From: Kofleriaceae bacterium
Lineage (GTDB): Bacteria > Myxococcota_A > Polyangia > Haliangiales > Haliangiaceae
Assembly (NCBI GenBank): GCA_046597055.1
Contig: JBKJLC010000301.1
Coordinates: 44,229-108,228 of the forward strand
Length of the DNA stretch: 64,000 bases
Direction: 5' to 3'
The translations under genes and the position numbers were made by a program. The notes beneath the pieces were generated by a model. It had not been told where the DNA came from and ran no database searches. It was given only the letters and a program-made list of their open reading frames with translations. Of the stretch, positions 37,638 to 49,347 are shown in pieces (position 1 is the stretch's first letter; every line of letters begins with the position of its first letter).

Positions 37638-39278
37638 ATGTTTCGTAGGCCGGGGTTCGCTCTGGGGCGCGCGTGTGCCCTGCTCGTCATCGCTGGCTGC
37701 GCGGTCGAACGAGGCGAGCCTGCCGGAGATGACGACGGCACGCCGGGCGAGCCAGGCGTGCCGGGCGAGGAGGCGCCGTTTCGCTGGGCCCAGTGCGGCC
37801 CTGCCCGCGGGCCACTGCCGCCGCTGATCGAGGACCGCCGCGTCTACGCGCAGGACTCGCTCGAGGTCTGGGACGTGCATCTCACCATCACCGATCTCGA
37901 GGCGCTGGCCGAGGTCGACGCCGGCGTCGCGGACGCGGTGGTGCCGGTCGGGTTCAGCGAGGGCACGTTCGGCGCCGGCCTCGCCGAGCCCAACGCGATG
38001 CTCCAGCTGCGCGGCGAGTCGTCCCGGCGCGCGCCGGTGAAGAGCTACAAGGTCAAGCTGGCCGACGGGGCCGGGCGCTGGCGCGGCCAGCGCGAGATCA
38101 ACCTGAACAAGCACGGGTTCGATCTCACCCGCGTGCGCAACAAGCTCGCGTTCGACCTGTTCCCCGCCATCGAACACTTCACGAGCCTGCGCACCCAGTT
38201 CGTCCACCTGTTCGTCAACGGCGCGGACCACGGGCTCTACACCTGGATCGAGGAGGCCGACACGCACTTCCTGCGCAGTCACGGCCTCGATCCGGACGGC
38301 CAGCTCTACAAGGCGTCGAGCTTCCACTTCCAGGATCTGCTGGCCGACGTGGCGGCCGACCCGGCGATGCTCGACGTGCGCATCGAGCCCAAGGCCAACC
38401 CCGACCCGGCCAAGCTGCTGGCGGTGGTGGCCGCCATCCACGACCCGGCGGTCGACCCCGACGCGACCATCGATCGCTACTTCAACCGCGACAACCTGGT
38501 GACCTGGCTCGCGGTGAACGTGCTGCTGAACAACATCGACACGTTCACGCACAACTACTACCTGTACAGCCCGTCGAGCTGCGACGGCTGGTACTTCCTG
38601 CCGTGGGACTACGACGGTGCGTGGGGCTTCTACGGCCAGGCCGGTCGGGTCGACGACCGCAAGCGCTGGCAGGCCGGGCTGTCGAGCTGGTGGCCGTCGC
38701 ACCTGTTCAAGCGCTTCCTGTCGCGCCCGGCCAACGTCGCGGCCGTGCACGCGCGCATCGCCGAGCTGGCCGACACCGTGCTCACCGGGGAGGTGACCGA
38801 GGCGCGCCTGGCCGGCTATCGCGACCTCGTGCAGACGTTCATCACGACCGCGCCGGATCTCGCGCTGGTGTCGGGCGCCAACGGCTCGGCGACCCGCGCG
38901 GTCGAGCTGTGGGACCGCGAGCTGACCCGGATCACCTCGACCGCGGCCCGGTTCCGCGCCGAGCACGAGGTCGTGGCCGAGCGACCGATGCCGGTCCACC
39001 TGGGCGCGACGGTGCGCTCGTCGACGATCGTGTTCAGCTGGGGCAGCTCGTTCGATCTGCAGCACCACCCGCTCACCTACGATCTCGAGCTCAGCCGGAC
39101 CCCTGCCTTTGCGCCCGCCGACCTGGTCGTCACCCGGCCGGGGCTGGTCACCACCAGCGCCACGATCCCGCGCCTGCCGGCGGGCACCTACTACGCGCGG
39201 GTGGTCATCGAGGATGGTCAGACCGCGGACAGCTGGCAGCTGCCGTACAACCCGCACGAGCGGGTCGTGATCGACTGA
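37638..39278 (+). CDS. CotH kinase family lipoprotein
   Basis: Lipobox IAGC; LRG.SS....KSYK.K, INL, GLY..IE, N.D...HNYYLY, LPWDYD; FN3-like C-terminus. Confidence 0.9.
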   Translation: MFRRPGFALGRACALLVIAGCAVERGEPAGDDDGTPGEPGVPGEEAPFRWAQCGPARGPLPPLIEDRRVYAQDSLEVWDVHLTITDLEALAEVDAGVADAVVPVGFSEGTFGAGLAEPNAMLQLRGESSRRAPVKSYKVKLADGAGRWRGQREINLNKHGFDLTRVRNKLAFDLFPAIEHFTSLRTQFVHLFVNGADHGLYTWIEEADTHFLRSHGLDPDGQLYKASSFHFQDLLADVAADPAMLDVRIEPKANPDPAKLLAVVAAIHDPAVDPDATIDRYFNRDNLVTWLAVNVLLNNIDTFTHNYYLYSPSSCDGWYFLPWDYDGAWGFYGQAGRVDDRKRWQAGLSSWWPSHLFKRFLSRPANVAAVHARIAELADTVLTGEVTEARLAGYRDLVQTFITTAPDLALVSGANGSATRAVELWDRELTRITSTAARFRAEHEVVAERPMPVHLGATVRSSTIVFSWGSSFDLQHHPLTYDLELSRTPAFAPADLVVTRPGLVTTSATIPRLPAGTYYARVVIEDGQTADSWQLPYNPHERVVID

Positions 39279-39359
39279 CGCCCGAGCGGGTGGGTGCGCG
39301 CCCGGGAAACCTCGCAGGCGCTCGTGCTGGGCCGCGCCGGGGTGATAGCGTCGGAGCCG

Positions 39360-41272
39360 ATGACGACGCTGTGCGAGCTCGGGGATCGCTACTGGGCCCT
39401 GGGACTGCCGGCGGCGGCGCGCAGCGTGTTCGCGCGGGCGCTGGCAGCGGCCGCGCCGACCGATCCGGTCCCGGCCCGCCGGCTGGCCGAGCTGGCCCTC
39501 GCGGTCGGCGACGTGGCTGCGGCCAGGAAGCATGCCGCCGAGGTCGCCCGGCGTGAGCCCGGGCCGGCGGCGCGGGTGCTGCTGGGCCAGGCCCAGCTCG
39601 CGGCCGGCGAGACCGCCGCCGCGCGCATGTCGTTCGTCGCCGCGATCGACGCGGCCGGGGCCACGTCGCCGCAGCGGGCGCGGGCCCGGCTCGGCCTGGC
39701 GGCCGCCAACAGCGTCGACGGCGACGTCGCCGGTGGCGCCGCCAACGCGACCGCGGCGCTCGAGGAGCTGGCCGGGGCGCTCGCGGACGGCAAGGTCGCG
39801 CTCGACGCGCGGGAGGCGCTGTGCGATCGCGAGGTCGGCCTGTTCGAGGAGATCGTCGCCCGGGTGGCCGGCGGCGGCGGCGCCGCCGATGCCAGCGCGC
39901 ACCTCGCCACGCTGCGCGCACACCAGCCCGACGCGCCCCTCGGCCTGTGGGCGGCGCTGCTGCTGGCGGCCCGCCACGCCGGCGGCGAGCGCGGGGTGAC
40001 CGAGAGCCAGATCGAGGCGGCGCTGGCCGCCGAGCTGGCGGTGCGGCCCACCTCGCGCGCGGTGCGGGTCCGACTGATCGAGCGCCAGCTGCGGCGCCGC
40101 TCGAGCGATCCGACCGCGCGCAACCAGGCGATCGGCGAGCTCGAGAGCCTGCAGCAGCGGCTCGAGGCCGAGGCGACCCCGGAGTCGAACATCGAGCTCG
40201 CGCGCGTGTGGTTCCTGCTCGCGGCCGCCTACGAGGACGATCCGGCCACGGTGGCCCGCGCCGAGGACGCCTATCGCAAGGGGCTGCGCCTGCGGCCCGG
40301 CCACGCCGAGGCCGCGTGTCGACTGGCGCTCCTGATCCTCGACCGCGGCGACACCGAGGCCGCGCTGTTGGAGATCGAGCGGGCCCTGCGCATCGATGGC
40401 GGCCATGGCCTGGCCTGGCGCAACGCGGCCCGCATGCTCGACGCGTCGAGCCCGGCGCTGGCCGACATGGTCGAGCGCCTGCTCGAGGCCGCGCTGCCGG
40501 GCGCCGGTGCGGCAGCCGGGCACGTCGCGCCGCGCCTGGTCACCGCCACCGTCGAGCAGGCCCGTGGCGACGTCCTCGCCGGTGTCTACGCCCACGGCCA
40601 CCGGGTCAAGAACACGCTCGGCATCATCGGCTCGCGCACCCGGAGCGCGCGCAAGCTGGCCGGCGAGGGCGAGCTGGCCGACCGGCTGCGCGATCTCGAG
40701 CGCGAGGTGACCTCGCTCTACGAGGAGTGGGCGCGATACCTGCGCTCGATGCAGGCGACCGGGCCGACCGTCGAGGTGGTCGCGGTTGCGTCGCTGGTAC
40801 ACGAGGTGGTCGCGGCGGCCAGCGCCCGCGCGACCGTGACGATCGAGGTCCAGGTCGCGTCGGCGCTGCCCGACCTGCGCGGCGACAAGCTGCTGCTGCG
40901 CGAGGCGCTGCTCAATTTGGTGCAGAACGCGGCCGACGCCGCCGACAAGACCGCCGGCACCGTCACCGTCACCGCGCGCGCGGTCACGACCGCGGCCGCG
41001 CCCGCGGTCGAGATCGTCGTCACCGATACCGGGCCCGGCATCCCGCGCGGCGAGCTCGGCCGCATCTTCGTGCCCGGCTACACCACCAAGGAGACCGGCT
41101 CCGGGGTCGGCCTGACCATCGCCGAGCGCGTCATCACCGCCCATCACGGCCGCATCCTGGTCGACAGCGAGGAGGGTCGCGGTACCGTCATGACCGTGAT
41201 CCTGCCGTCGGATCTCGGAGGCTTCTCGAGCCTGGCGGCGCTGGGCACCCGGCGCGACCGGGTAGGTGGCTG

Positions 41273-41273
<1 letters not shown>
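39360..41273 (+). CDS. Soluble TPR-containing sensor histidine kinase
   Basis: TPR repeats; H-box GHRVKNTL; N box NLVQNA, G1 DTGPGI, F box, G2 GSGVGL; no obvious TM. Confidence 0.88.
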
Positions 41274-42748
<1,475 letters not shown>

Positions 42749-42751
42749 CCG

Positions 42752-43525
42752 ATGGGCCTGTTCTCGCGCATGAAGGGGGGCATCAAGGCGAAGGCCAACG
42801 CGGCGATCGACCGCGCGATCGACCCCGAGAAGGAGATCGCGATGGCGATCCTCGAGCTGGAGGAGCAGCGCAAGAAGGCGCTCCAGGAGCTGGTCACCTA
42901 CAAGGCCAACGCCAAGCAGATGGACGAGCAGGTCAAGCAGCAGGAGGCGCGGGCCGCGACCTGGGAGAAGCGCGCGATGGCCGCGGTCACGGCCGGTGAC
43001 GACGAGGCCGCCCGCGAGGCGCTGCGCCAGAAGAAGGCGTCGCAGGCCGAGGCCGACAAGATCAAGCGCGATCGCGACGAGTCGGCCGGCTACGCGATCC
43101 AGCTCAACAAGAGTCGCAAGGAGTTCGAGACCAAGCTCCAGATCCTGAAGCTGAAGAAGGGCACGCTCGCGACCCAGCTGGCGGCCGCCCGCGCGCCCGG
43201 CGGCGACGCCTTTGGCAACGACAGCTCGGTCTGGGATCGCTTCCAGACCGCCGAGGATCGCATCGAGACCGACGCGATCGCGACCGAGGTCGACGCCGCG
43301 ATGCGCGGCGAGCAGGCCGCCGACGCCGAGCTCGAGGCCAAGATCCTGAGCGCCGGCGCCGCCGCCGGGGTGGTGGCGCCGGCCGGCACCGACGACGCGC
43401 TCGCGGCGCTCAAGGACAAGATCGCCGCGGATCGCGAGGCCCGCCAGCGGTCGCTCGCCGAGACCCAGGCCCGCGCGCTCGGCGCCGGCAAGCCCGACCC
43501 CAAGAAGGGCGGGGCGGGCGCGTGA
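42752..43525 (+). CDS. pspA: PspA/IM30 family protein
   Basis: MGLFSRM...IKA..N..ID...DPEK, W...A..A...GD...AR.AL..K, F...E..IE...A..E. Confidence 0.92.
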   Translation: MGLFSRMKGGIKAKANAAIDRAIDPEKEIAMAILELEEQRKKALQELVTYKANAKQMDEQVKQQEARAATWEKRAMAAVTAGDDEAAREALRQKKASQAEADKIKRDRDESAGYAIQLNKSRKEFETKLQILKLKKGTLATQLAAARAPGGDAFGNDSSVWDRFQTAEDRIETDAIATEVDAAMRGEQAADAELEAKILSAGAAAGVVAPAGTDDALAALKDKIAADREARQRSLAETQARALGAGKPDPKKGGAGA

Positions 43526-43920
43526 CCGCTGGCGACGATGAGCCCCTGCTCATGCGTCTGCGCGACCTCGCGCTGGTCGACCTCGACGCCCTGCTCACCG
43601 GTGCCGAGGGGGCTCACTACGCCGCGCTCCTGGTCGGCCACGGCGAGGACCTCGAGGACGCCTTGCGCACGGCGCGCGCCCGCGCCGCCGACTTGCAGAA
43701 GGCGATCACGACCGGCGACCCCATGCTCCTCCTCGACGCCGGCTTCGCCATCCGCGCCAAGGACGGCGGCCGCGACGCCGCCGAGCGGGCCGCCCGCAGG
43801 CTGGTCGCCCGCGCCGCCGCCGCCCGTGCCCTCGCCCGCCTCGACGATCTCGCCGCCGGCCTCTATCCCCGCCTGGTCGAGGCCGACCGCCGCCGCGCCT
43901 CCCTCGGCACCGCCGGGTAG
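43522..43920 (+). CDS. Hypothetical helical protein coupled to pspA
   Basis: GTGA overlap with pspA; codon usage typical of the window; no motif. Confidence 0.65.
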   Translation: MTAGDDEPLLMRLRDLALVDLDALLTGAEGAHYAALLVGHGEDLEDALRTARARAADLQKAITTGDPMLLLDAGFAIRAKDGGRDAAERAARRLVARAAAARALARLDDLAAGLYPRLVEADRRRASLGTAG

Positions 43921-44004
43921 CGCCGTCCCGCACGGCCGGTGCGCGCCCAAGGAAACTGCGCTGGCCATTGTCTCAACCGACGCACCCTCCCTATAGTGCG
44001 CGCG

Positions 44005-44610
44005 ATGTCGGAGGACGAGGACGACCTCCTGGCACGCGCGCGGAAGGGTGACGCCCCTGCCTTTGGCGCCCTCGTGCGCCGGTACCAGCGCCGCGTGTAC
44101 TCCGCCGCACTCCACGTCACCGGGAATCACAGTGACGCCGACGACGTCACTCAGGAAACCTTCGTGCGCGCGTACCGGGGACTGGCCTCGTTCGACGGCC
44201 GCGCCGACTTCTTCACCTGGCTGTATCGCATCGCGATCAACACCGGGCTCAACCGGCTGCGCTCGACCAAGCGCACCGCCGCCCTCGCCCAGGCGGGCTC
44301 TGCCGACGTCGATCAGGTCGGCGGCCGGCCCGAGGCGCTCGGCGCCGCGCGGCTCCTGCCCGACGAGCAGGCCCGGCTGAGCCAGGAGGTGCGCGCGGTG
44401 CTGGTCGCGGTGTCGCAGCTGTCGGTGTCGCTCCGCGTCACGCTGGTCATGGCGACCGTCGAGGCCCTGCCGCACAAGCAGATCGCCCAGATTCTCGACA
44501 TCCCCGAGGGGACCGTGGCCTGGCGGGTCAACGAAGCGCGCCGGATCCTGCGCGAGCAGCTCGGCGACGTTGCGCCGGTCCGCGCAAAAAAGGGTCACGG
44601 GCCGACCTGA
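44005..44610 (+). CDS. ECF sigma factor (RpoE-like)
   Basis: GD..AF..LV.RY, DADDVTQETF, F.TWLYRIA.N, IA.IL.IP.GTV..R...AR. Confidence 0.92.
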   Translation: MSEDEDDLLARARKGDAPAFGALVRRYQRRVYSAALHVTGNHSDADDVTQETFVRAYRGLASFDGRADFFTWLYRIAINTGLNRLRSTKRTAALAQAGSADVDQVGGRPEALGAARLLPDEQARLSQEVRAVLVAVSQLSVSLRVTLVMATVEALPHKQIAQILDIPEGTVAWRVNEARRILREQLGDVAPVRAKKGHGPT

Positions 44611-44672
44611 TTCTGATCTAGACCTATGGGGTCCGCTGACGATCGAGAAGCTGGTACCGAGAATTGAGGACG

Positions 44673-46007
44673 ATGCCCGACGAGATCGACGACCTGGTAC
44701 GCGCGGCGGCGAAGGCCCACGAGGGTCTCGCGCCGGCGGGCTATTTCGACGACCTCGATCGGCGCGTGCTCGCTCGGCTGGATCGATCGCACGGTGAGCT
44801 CGCTGACCTTCCGGAGGCTGTATCGATGATGTCCGAGACCGAGAACCACAGCGGCCGCGATCGTGGAACCTCCCCCGAGGGAGCGCTGCCACGCGATGGC
44901 GAAGACTCCGGGCTACACGACATGCGCGCGCTCGCGCAGACGACCAAGGCGCGCATCTCGCGCCGGGTCACCAGCCAGCACGACGCGCTCGACGACTCGC
45001 TCGCCTCGTCGTCGAGCGGCCTGCGCGCGGTTGCGCTGCCCGAGCCCGCCCGGCTGGTGGCGCTGCCTGACATGCCGCTCGCGACCGGGACGTCCAGTGT
45101 CGCCCGGATCGTGGGCCCCGGCGCCGCCCGCAGCGCCGGCGCGGTCCCGCCGATTCGCCGTCGGAAGACCGGCATGATGGTCGCGATGGGCGCCGGTCTG
45201 TTCGCGGTCGCGGTCGGCGCCGTCGTCGTGCTCGGCGGCGGCCGCGACCAGGCCGAGCCCAGTGCCGCGTCCGAGGCGGCCGTGGCCACTGGCACGGCCG
45301 CGGACCCCGCGGTTCGCCCGCTGGATACCGCAGCGGCGGCGCCGGTGGTCGCGCCCACCGGTGCCTCCGCACCGTCGGGCACGGCGGCGGGTGCCGGGGC
45401 CGGCACCAGCAGCACCAGCGGGACCGGCGCGAGCAACGCCGGCACCCGCGACCAGGTCGCCGAGGCATCGGCCGCGGCCAAGCGCGATGGCCGCGCCGAC
45501 GGCGCCGTGGCGCCCCGCACCGCCGCCGACAAGCCGGCGGACCGCCGGGCCAAGCCCGACGCCGACCGCCCGGCGGGCGCCAAGCCGGCCAAGGACGGGG
45601 CCGCGCCCGCGAGCGCACCAGGCGCGAAGCCGGCCACCGGCGGTGGCGACAAGAGCATCGAAGACCTGCTCGACGAGGCCTCGGGTGGCGCGCAGAAGCC
45701 GTCCGAGGTGGGCAGCGCGCCCAAGGGCCCCGAAAAGACCGGGCTCGACGGCAAGGACATCAAGGCCGGCATGTCCGCAGTCGCGGGCCGCGCCCAGGCC
45801 TGCTTCGATACCCACGGTGTCGCGGGTCACGTGAAGGTCAAGGCGACCGTCGACGCGAGCGGCAAGGTCACCAAGGCCGACGCGACCGGCGAGTTCGCCG
45901 GCACCCCGACCGGCGGCTGCGTCGCGAGCGCGGCGCGGGCCGCCTCGTTCCCGTCGTGGACCGGCGGGCCGATGACGATCTCGTACATGTTCACGCTGCA
46001 GGAGTAG
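44673..46007 (+). CDS. Single-pass membrane protein, putative anti-sigma; C-terminal AgmX/TonB-C-like domain
   Basis: Follows the ECF; N-terminal 'P.GYFDDL..RVL' anti-sigma-like motif, TM, low-complexity linker, and a C-terminal domain with two Cys (AQACF...GCV...FP......YMF). Confidence 0.7.
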   Translation: MPDEIDDLVRAAAKAHEGLAPAGYFDDLDRRVLARLDRSHGELADLPEAVSMMSETENHSGRDRGTSPEGALPRDGEDSGLHDMRALAQTTKARISRRVTSQHDALDDSLASSSSGLRAVALPEPARLVALPDMPLATGTSSVARIVGPGAARSAGAVPPIRRRKTGMMVAMGAGLFAVAVGAVVVLGGGRDQAEPSAASEAAVATGTAADPAVRPLDTAAAAPVVAPTGASAPSGTAAGAGAGTSSTSGTGASNAGTRDQVAEASAAAKRDGRADGAVAPRTAADKPADRRAKPDADRPAGAKPAKDGAAPASAPGAKPATGGGDKSIEDLLDEASGGAQKPSEVGSAPKGPEKTGLDGKDIKAGMSAVAGRAQACFDTHGVAGHVKVKATVDASGKVTKADATGEFAGTPTGGCVASAARAASFPSWTGGPMTISYMFTLQE

Positions 46008-46016
46008 AACGCCCGC

Positions 46017-46049
46017 GAACGCAGCTCGCGGCGGTCGCGAGCTGCGTTC
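46017..46049 (+). terminator. Perfect 14-bp stem-loop, probable terminator
   Basis: GAACGCAGCTCGCG-gcggt-CGCGAGCTGCGTTC about 10 nt after the stop at 46007; no U-tract. Confidence 0.55.
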
Positions 46050-46092
46050 TGGGCTTGCGCGGGGCGCGGGGCGTCTGCATGCTCCCCGCGCC

Positions 46093-47169
46093 ATGGCGTC
46101 TGGCAAGGCCAACACCGGTAACTATTTCGAGGATTTTCGCGTCGGGCAGCGGCTCCAGCACGCGACTCCTCGCACGATCCACGGCGGAGATCTCGCCCTC
46201 TACGTCGCCCTGACCGGCGACCGTCGCCCGCTGGCGTCGTCGACCGAGTTCGCGCGCTCGCTCGGGTTCGCGCGCGAGGTCACCCACGACCTGCTCGCGT
46301 TCCACCTGGTGTTCGGCAAGACCGTCGCCGACATCTCGCTCAACGCGGTCGCCAACCTCGGCTACTCGCAGGTGCTGTTCCAGCGCCCGGTCTACCCGGG
46401 CGACACGCTGACCGCCGAGAGCGAGATCATCGGCCTGCGCGAGCTGTCCGACGGCAAGCGCGGCGTGGTCTACGTGACCTCGCGCGGCTTCAACCAGAAG
46501 GGCCAGGAGGTCCTCTCGTATCACCGGTGGGTGATGGTCGAGAAGCGCGACCCCAAGGCCCCGGCGCCGACCCAGGTCATCCCGGAGTTGCCCACCTCGG
46601 TGGCGGTCGCCGACCTGCCGGTGCCCGAGGCGCTCAACCTGGCGCGCTTCCCCAACCTGCGCTGGGCGACCGGCGGTGCGCACCTCTGGGACGACTACCA
46701 GGTCGGCGAGAAGATCGTGCACCACGGCGGCATGACGCTCGAGGAGGCCGACCACACGATGGCGACGCGCCTCTACCAGAACAGCGCGCGGGTCCACTTC
46801 GACCAGCACGCCCAGGCCTCGACCCGGTTCGGCAAGCGCCTGGTCTACGGCGGCCACGTGATCAGCATGGCCTACGCGCTCGCGCACGGCGGGCTCGAGA
46901 ACGTGCTGCGGATGGCCGCGTGGAACGGCGGCTCGCACGTCAACCCGACCTTCGCCGGCGACACGATCTATGCGTGGACCGAGGTCCTCGACAAGGCCGA
47001 GCTGCCGTCGCGACGCGACCTCGGCGCGCTGCGCCTGAAGATGGTCGCGGTGAAGAACGTCGATCCGGCCCGCGAGGACATCAGCCTCGAGATCGAGGTC
47101 GACGGCAAGAAGTCGTTCGATCCCCGCGTCGTGCTCGTGCTGGACTACTGGGGCCTGATCCCGCGCTGA
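46093..47169 (+). CDS. mch: Double MaoC-domain hydratase, mesaconyl-CoA hydratase-like
   Basis: GNYFEDF, FHLVFGKTV.DISLNAVANLGY, PVYPGDTL, YQNSARVHFD, YGGHVIS; these match Mch-type motifs as I recall them. Confidence 0.82.
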   Translation: MASGKANTGNYFEDFRVGQRLQHATPRTIHGGDLALYVALTGDRRPLASSTEFARSLGFAREVTHDLLAFHLVFGKTVADISLNAVANLGYSQVLFQRPVYPGDTLTAESEIIGLRELSDGKRGVVYVTSRGFNQKGQEVLSYHRWVMVEKRDPKAPAPTQVIPELPTSVAVADLPVPEALNLARFPNLRWATGGAHLWDDYQVGEKIVHHGGMTLEEADHTMATRLYQNSARVHFDQHAQASTRFGKRLVYGGHVISMAYALAHGGLENVLRMAAWNGGSHVNPTFAGDTIYAWTEVLDKAELPSRRDLGALRLKMVAVKNVDPAREDISLEIEVDGKKSFDPRVVLVLDYWGLIPR

Positions 47170-47197
47170 GCCGGGCCGGTCCCGCGGGCCTGCGCGG

Positions 47198-47743
47198 TCA
47201 TGGCCGGCGCCGCCGGCCGAGCGCCCAGGTGAGCGCGCCCGCCAGCGCGGCGATCGTGGTGAGGCCGGCCGCGAGCGTCACGAGCAGCCCGACCCGCGCG
47301 CGCGGGGTGACCTCGAACGGGCCGACCGAGGTCAGCGCGGGAGAGGTCGGCGGCGGTATCACGTCGACCGCGAGCTGCGCGTCGGGGCCGGCGAGGGTGC
47401 GCGCGGCGGCGACGGTGGCGTCGTGTAGCGGCCGCGGATCGGCGCCGGAGCGGGTCGCGATCACGGCGGCGACGCGGGCCGGGCCGGCGGCGGCCACCCG
47501 CGCGAACGGATCGGGGACCGCGAGGTGGACCACGACGGTGGCCCCCGCGACGCCGGGGATCGCCAGGACGTGCGCGCGCAGGCGCTCGGCGAGGCGGGTC
47601 TCGTCGTCGGCGCGCGCGGCCGCGGGGACCGGTGGCAGCGAGCGCTCGACGTCGCAGCCGGCGACCGCCATCAGGCTGGCGAGCACGAGCGCGCGGCGCG
47701 CACCGCGCCGACGGCGTGCGATCGACACCGCGGCGGCGCTCAC
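47198..47743 (-). CDS. Lipoprotein resembling the C-terminal half of SctJ/YscJ (ring-building motif) with TM anchor
   Basis: GTGA overlap; lipobox VAGC; 'E.RL...V.AIPGV..A.V.V.L..PDPF.....A..A.VI'; VGPF.V, then TM and RRRR. Confidence 0.6.
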   Translation of the reverse strand: MSAAAVSIARRRRGARRALVLASLMAVAGCDVERSLPPVPAAARADDETRLAERLRAHVLAIPGVAGATVVVHLAVPDPFARVAAAGPARVAAVIATRSGADPRPLHDATVAAARTLAGPDAQLAVDVIPPPTSPALTSVGPFEVTPRARVGLLVTLAAGLTTIAALAGALTWALGRRRRP

Positions 47744-49296
47744 AGGGTCTGCTTGCAGGTGCTGCACCACCAGGCCTGGCGCTTGCCATGCCAGAGCGTG
47801 GAGACCCGACAGGTAGGACAGGTCGGCGCGGTGCGATGGGTGGCGGGGCCGGACCCGCCGCGGGGCGCAAGGGCACGTCCGGCGGTGGCCGCCTGTCCGA
47901 TCCCCGGACCGAGCGCGTCAGGGGCGGGCGCGGTCAGGGTCATCGCGCCGGGTCCGGCGGCCACCCACGCCGGGTCGGGTGCGATGATGCTGGCGACGGC
48001 GGCGGCGCTGGCGGCGGCGGCGCCGCTCGCGACCGCGCCGGTGGTGACCACCGGCGGCCGCGGTGCATACCGCGCGTGTCCGTTGCTGGCACCGGGTCCC
48101 GGCGCGGCCGCGGTGCCAGACGGTCCCGGCGCAGCCGCCAGCGCCGGCAGCACCGGCCGAAGCCCCGCGCGCGCGTCACCGGGCGCGCCGGGCCCGCGCG
48201 GCGGCGCGGCCCTCAGCTGGGGCCCGCGGGTGGCGTCGCCTTCGAGCTCCACGTCGGCGGTGCGCAGGGTCGCCGCGGCGACCAGCGCGGCCGCGACCAC
48301 CCCGCTCATCGCGACCACGAACACCGGCAGGCCCCAGCCGATCGTCATCACGTCGTTGCCGGCGTACGAGACCGCGGTCGCGATGCCGGTGGTCAGCGCG
48401 AGCCCGGCCAGCACCGCCGCCGACCACGCCCAGGCGCCCGGGGTCACGCCCCGGCCGGCGCGTGCGGCGGCGCCGAGGGCCGGCACGATCGCCGCGGCGG
48501 CCAGCGCGACCGTCAGGCGAGCCAGCAGCGTGAGCCCGGCACGGCCAGCGCCGATCGACGCCACGTGGCAGCGGCCGTCGGCGCAGGCCTCGAGGCCGAG
48601 CGGCGAGGCGTGGAGCCCGCCGAACGACTGGGCGCCGCTCCACCACGCGCGCCGGCCGACCGCGATCCACGCGATCAGCACCAGCAGCGCCAGCGCGGCG
48701 GTCAGGCCCCAGCGCCGCGCGGGTGACGCCGACGACGCGACCTCGCCGGTCGGCCACCCGATGCCGAGCCCGGCCAGGGCCGCGCCGACGATCATCGCGA
48801 CCAGCCCGTTGGCGGCCTGCAGGTCGATCGCGCGGCGCGACAGCACCTCCGACGCGACGAACGCGGCGCCGAGGCCGGCGGCGGTCGCGACCACGGTCGC
48901 CGCCCACCCGCGCAGGATCGGGCGGCGCTGCCCGCGCGCGAACGCGAGCACGACCAGCAGCGCGACCGCGCTCATGGTGGCGCCCATCGCCAGGCGCCCG
49001 AGCCAGGCGAACAGATCGTCGGACAGGCCGCGGGCGCCGGCGTAGCCGTGCGGCTGGCAGCGCAGGCGCTCGCACACCTCGCCGCCGACCAGGCCGTAGT
49101 TGGCCCGCAGCTCGCGGTCCGGGGCCTCGTCGCCTTCGGCCCAGGCGCCGGGCCGCGCCGGGTCGTACATCCCGCGAAAGGCGTCGCGATCCTCGCCGGT
49201 GCCGGGCTTGATCTCGAACCAGGGCACGAACCCGGCAATCAGGAGCGCGATCGCCGCCAGGGCGCACAGCCCTGCGCTCGCGGCTCGACGCGTCAT
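47740..49296 (-). CDS. Multi-pass membrane protein (2 x 4 TM) with C-terminal zinc ribbon
   Basis: ATG 49296; about 8 hydrophobic segments; two 'GL..C....C' loops; C-terminal CPTC...WWCSTC. Confidence 0.72.
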   Translation of the reverse strand: MTRRAASAGLCALAAIALLIAGFVPWFEIKPGTGEDRDAFRGMYDPARPGAWAEGDEAPDRELRANYGLVGGEVCERLRCQPHGYAGARGLSDDLFAWLGRLAMGATMSAVALLVVLAFARGQRRPILRGWAATVVATAAGLGAAFVASEVLSRRAIDLQAANGLVAMIVGAALAGLGIGWPTGEVASSASPARRWGLTAALALLVLIAWIAVGRRAWWSGAQSFGGLHASPLGLEACADGRCHVASIGAGRAGLTLLARLTVALAAAAIVPALGAAARAGRGVTPGAWAWSAAVLAGLALTTGIATAVSYAGNDVMTIGWGLPVFVVAMSGVVAAALVAAATLRTADVELEGDATRGPQLRAAPPRGPGAPGDARAGLRPVLPALAAAPGPSGTAAAPGPGASNGHARYAPRPPVVTTGAVASGAAAASAAAVASIIAPDPAWVAAGPGAMTLTAPAPDALGPGIGQAATAGRALAPRGGSGPATHRTAPTCPTCRVSTLWHGKRQAWWCSTCKQTL

Positions 49297-49347
49297 GCGA
49301 AGACGGTACCATGCGGCCGCGCTCCTCATGATCACCGTGCCGCTGCC

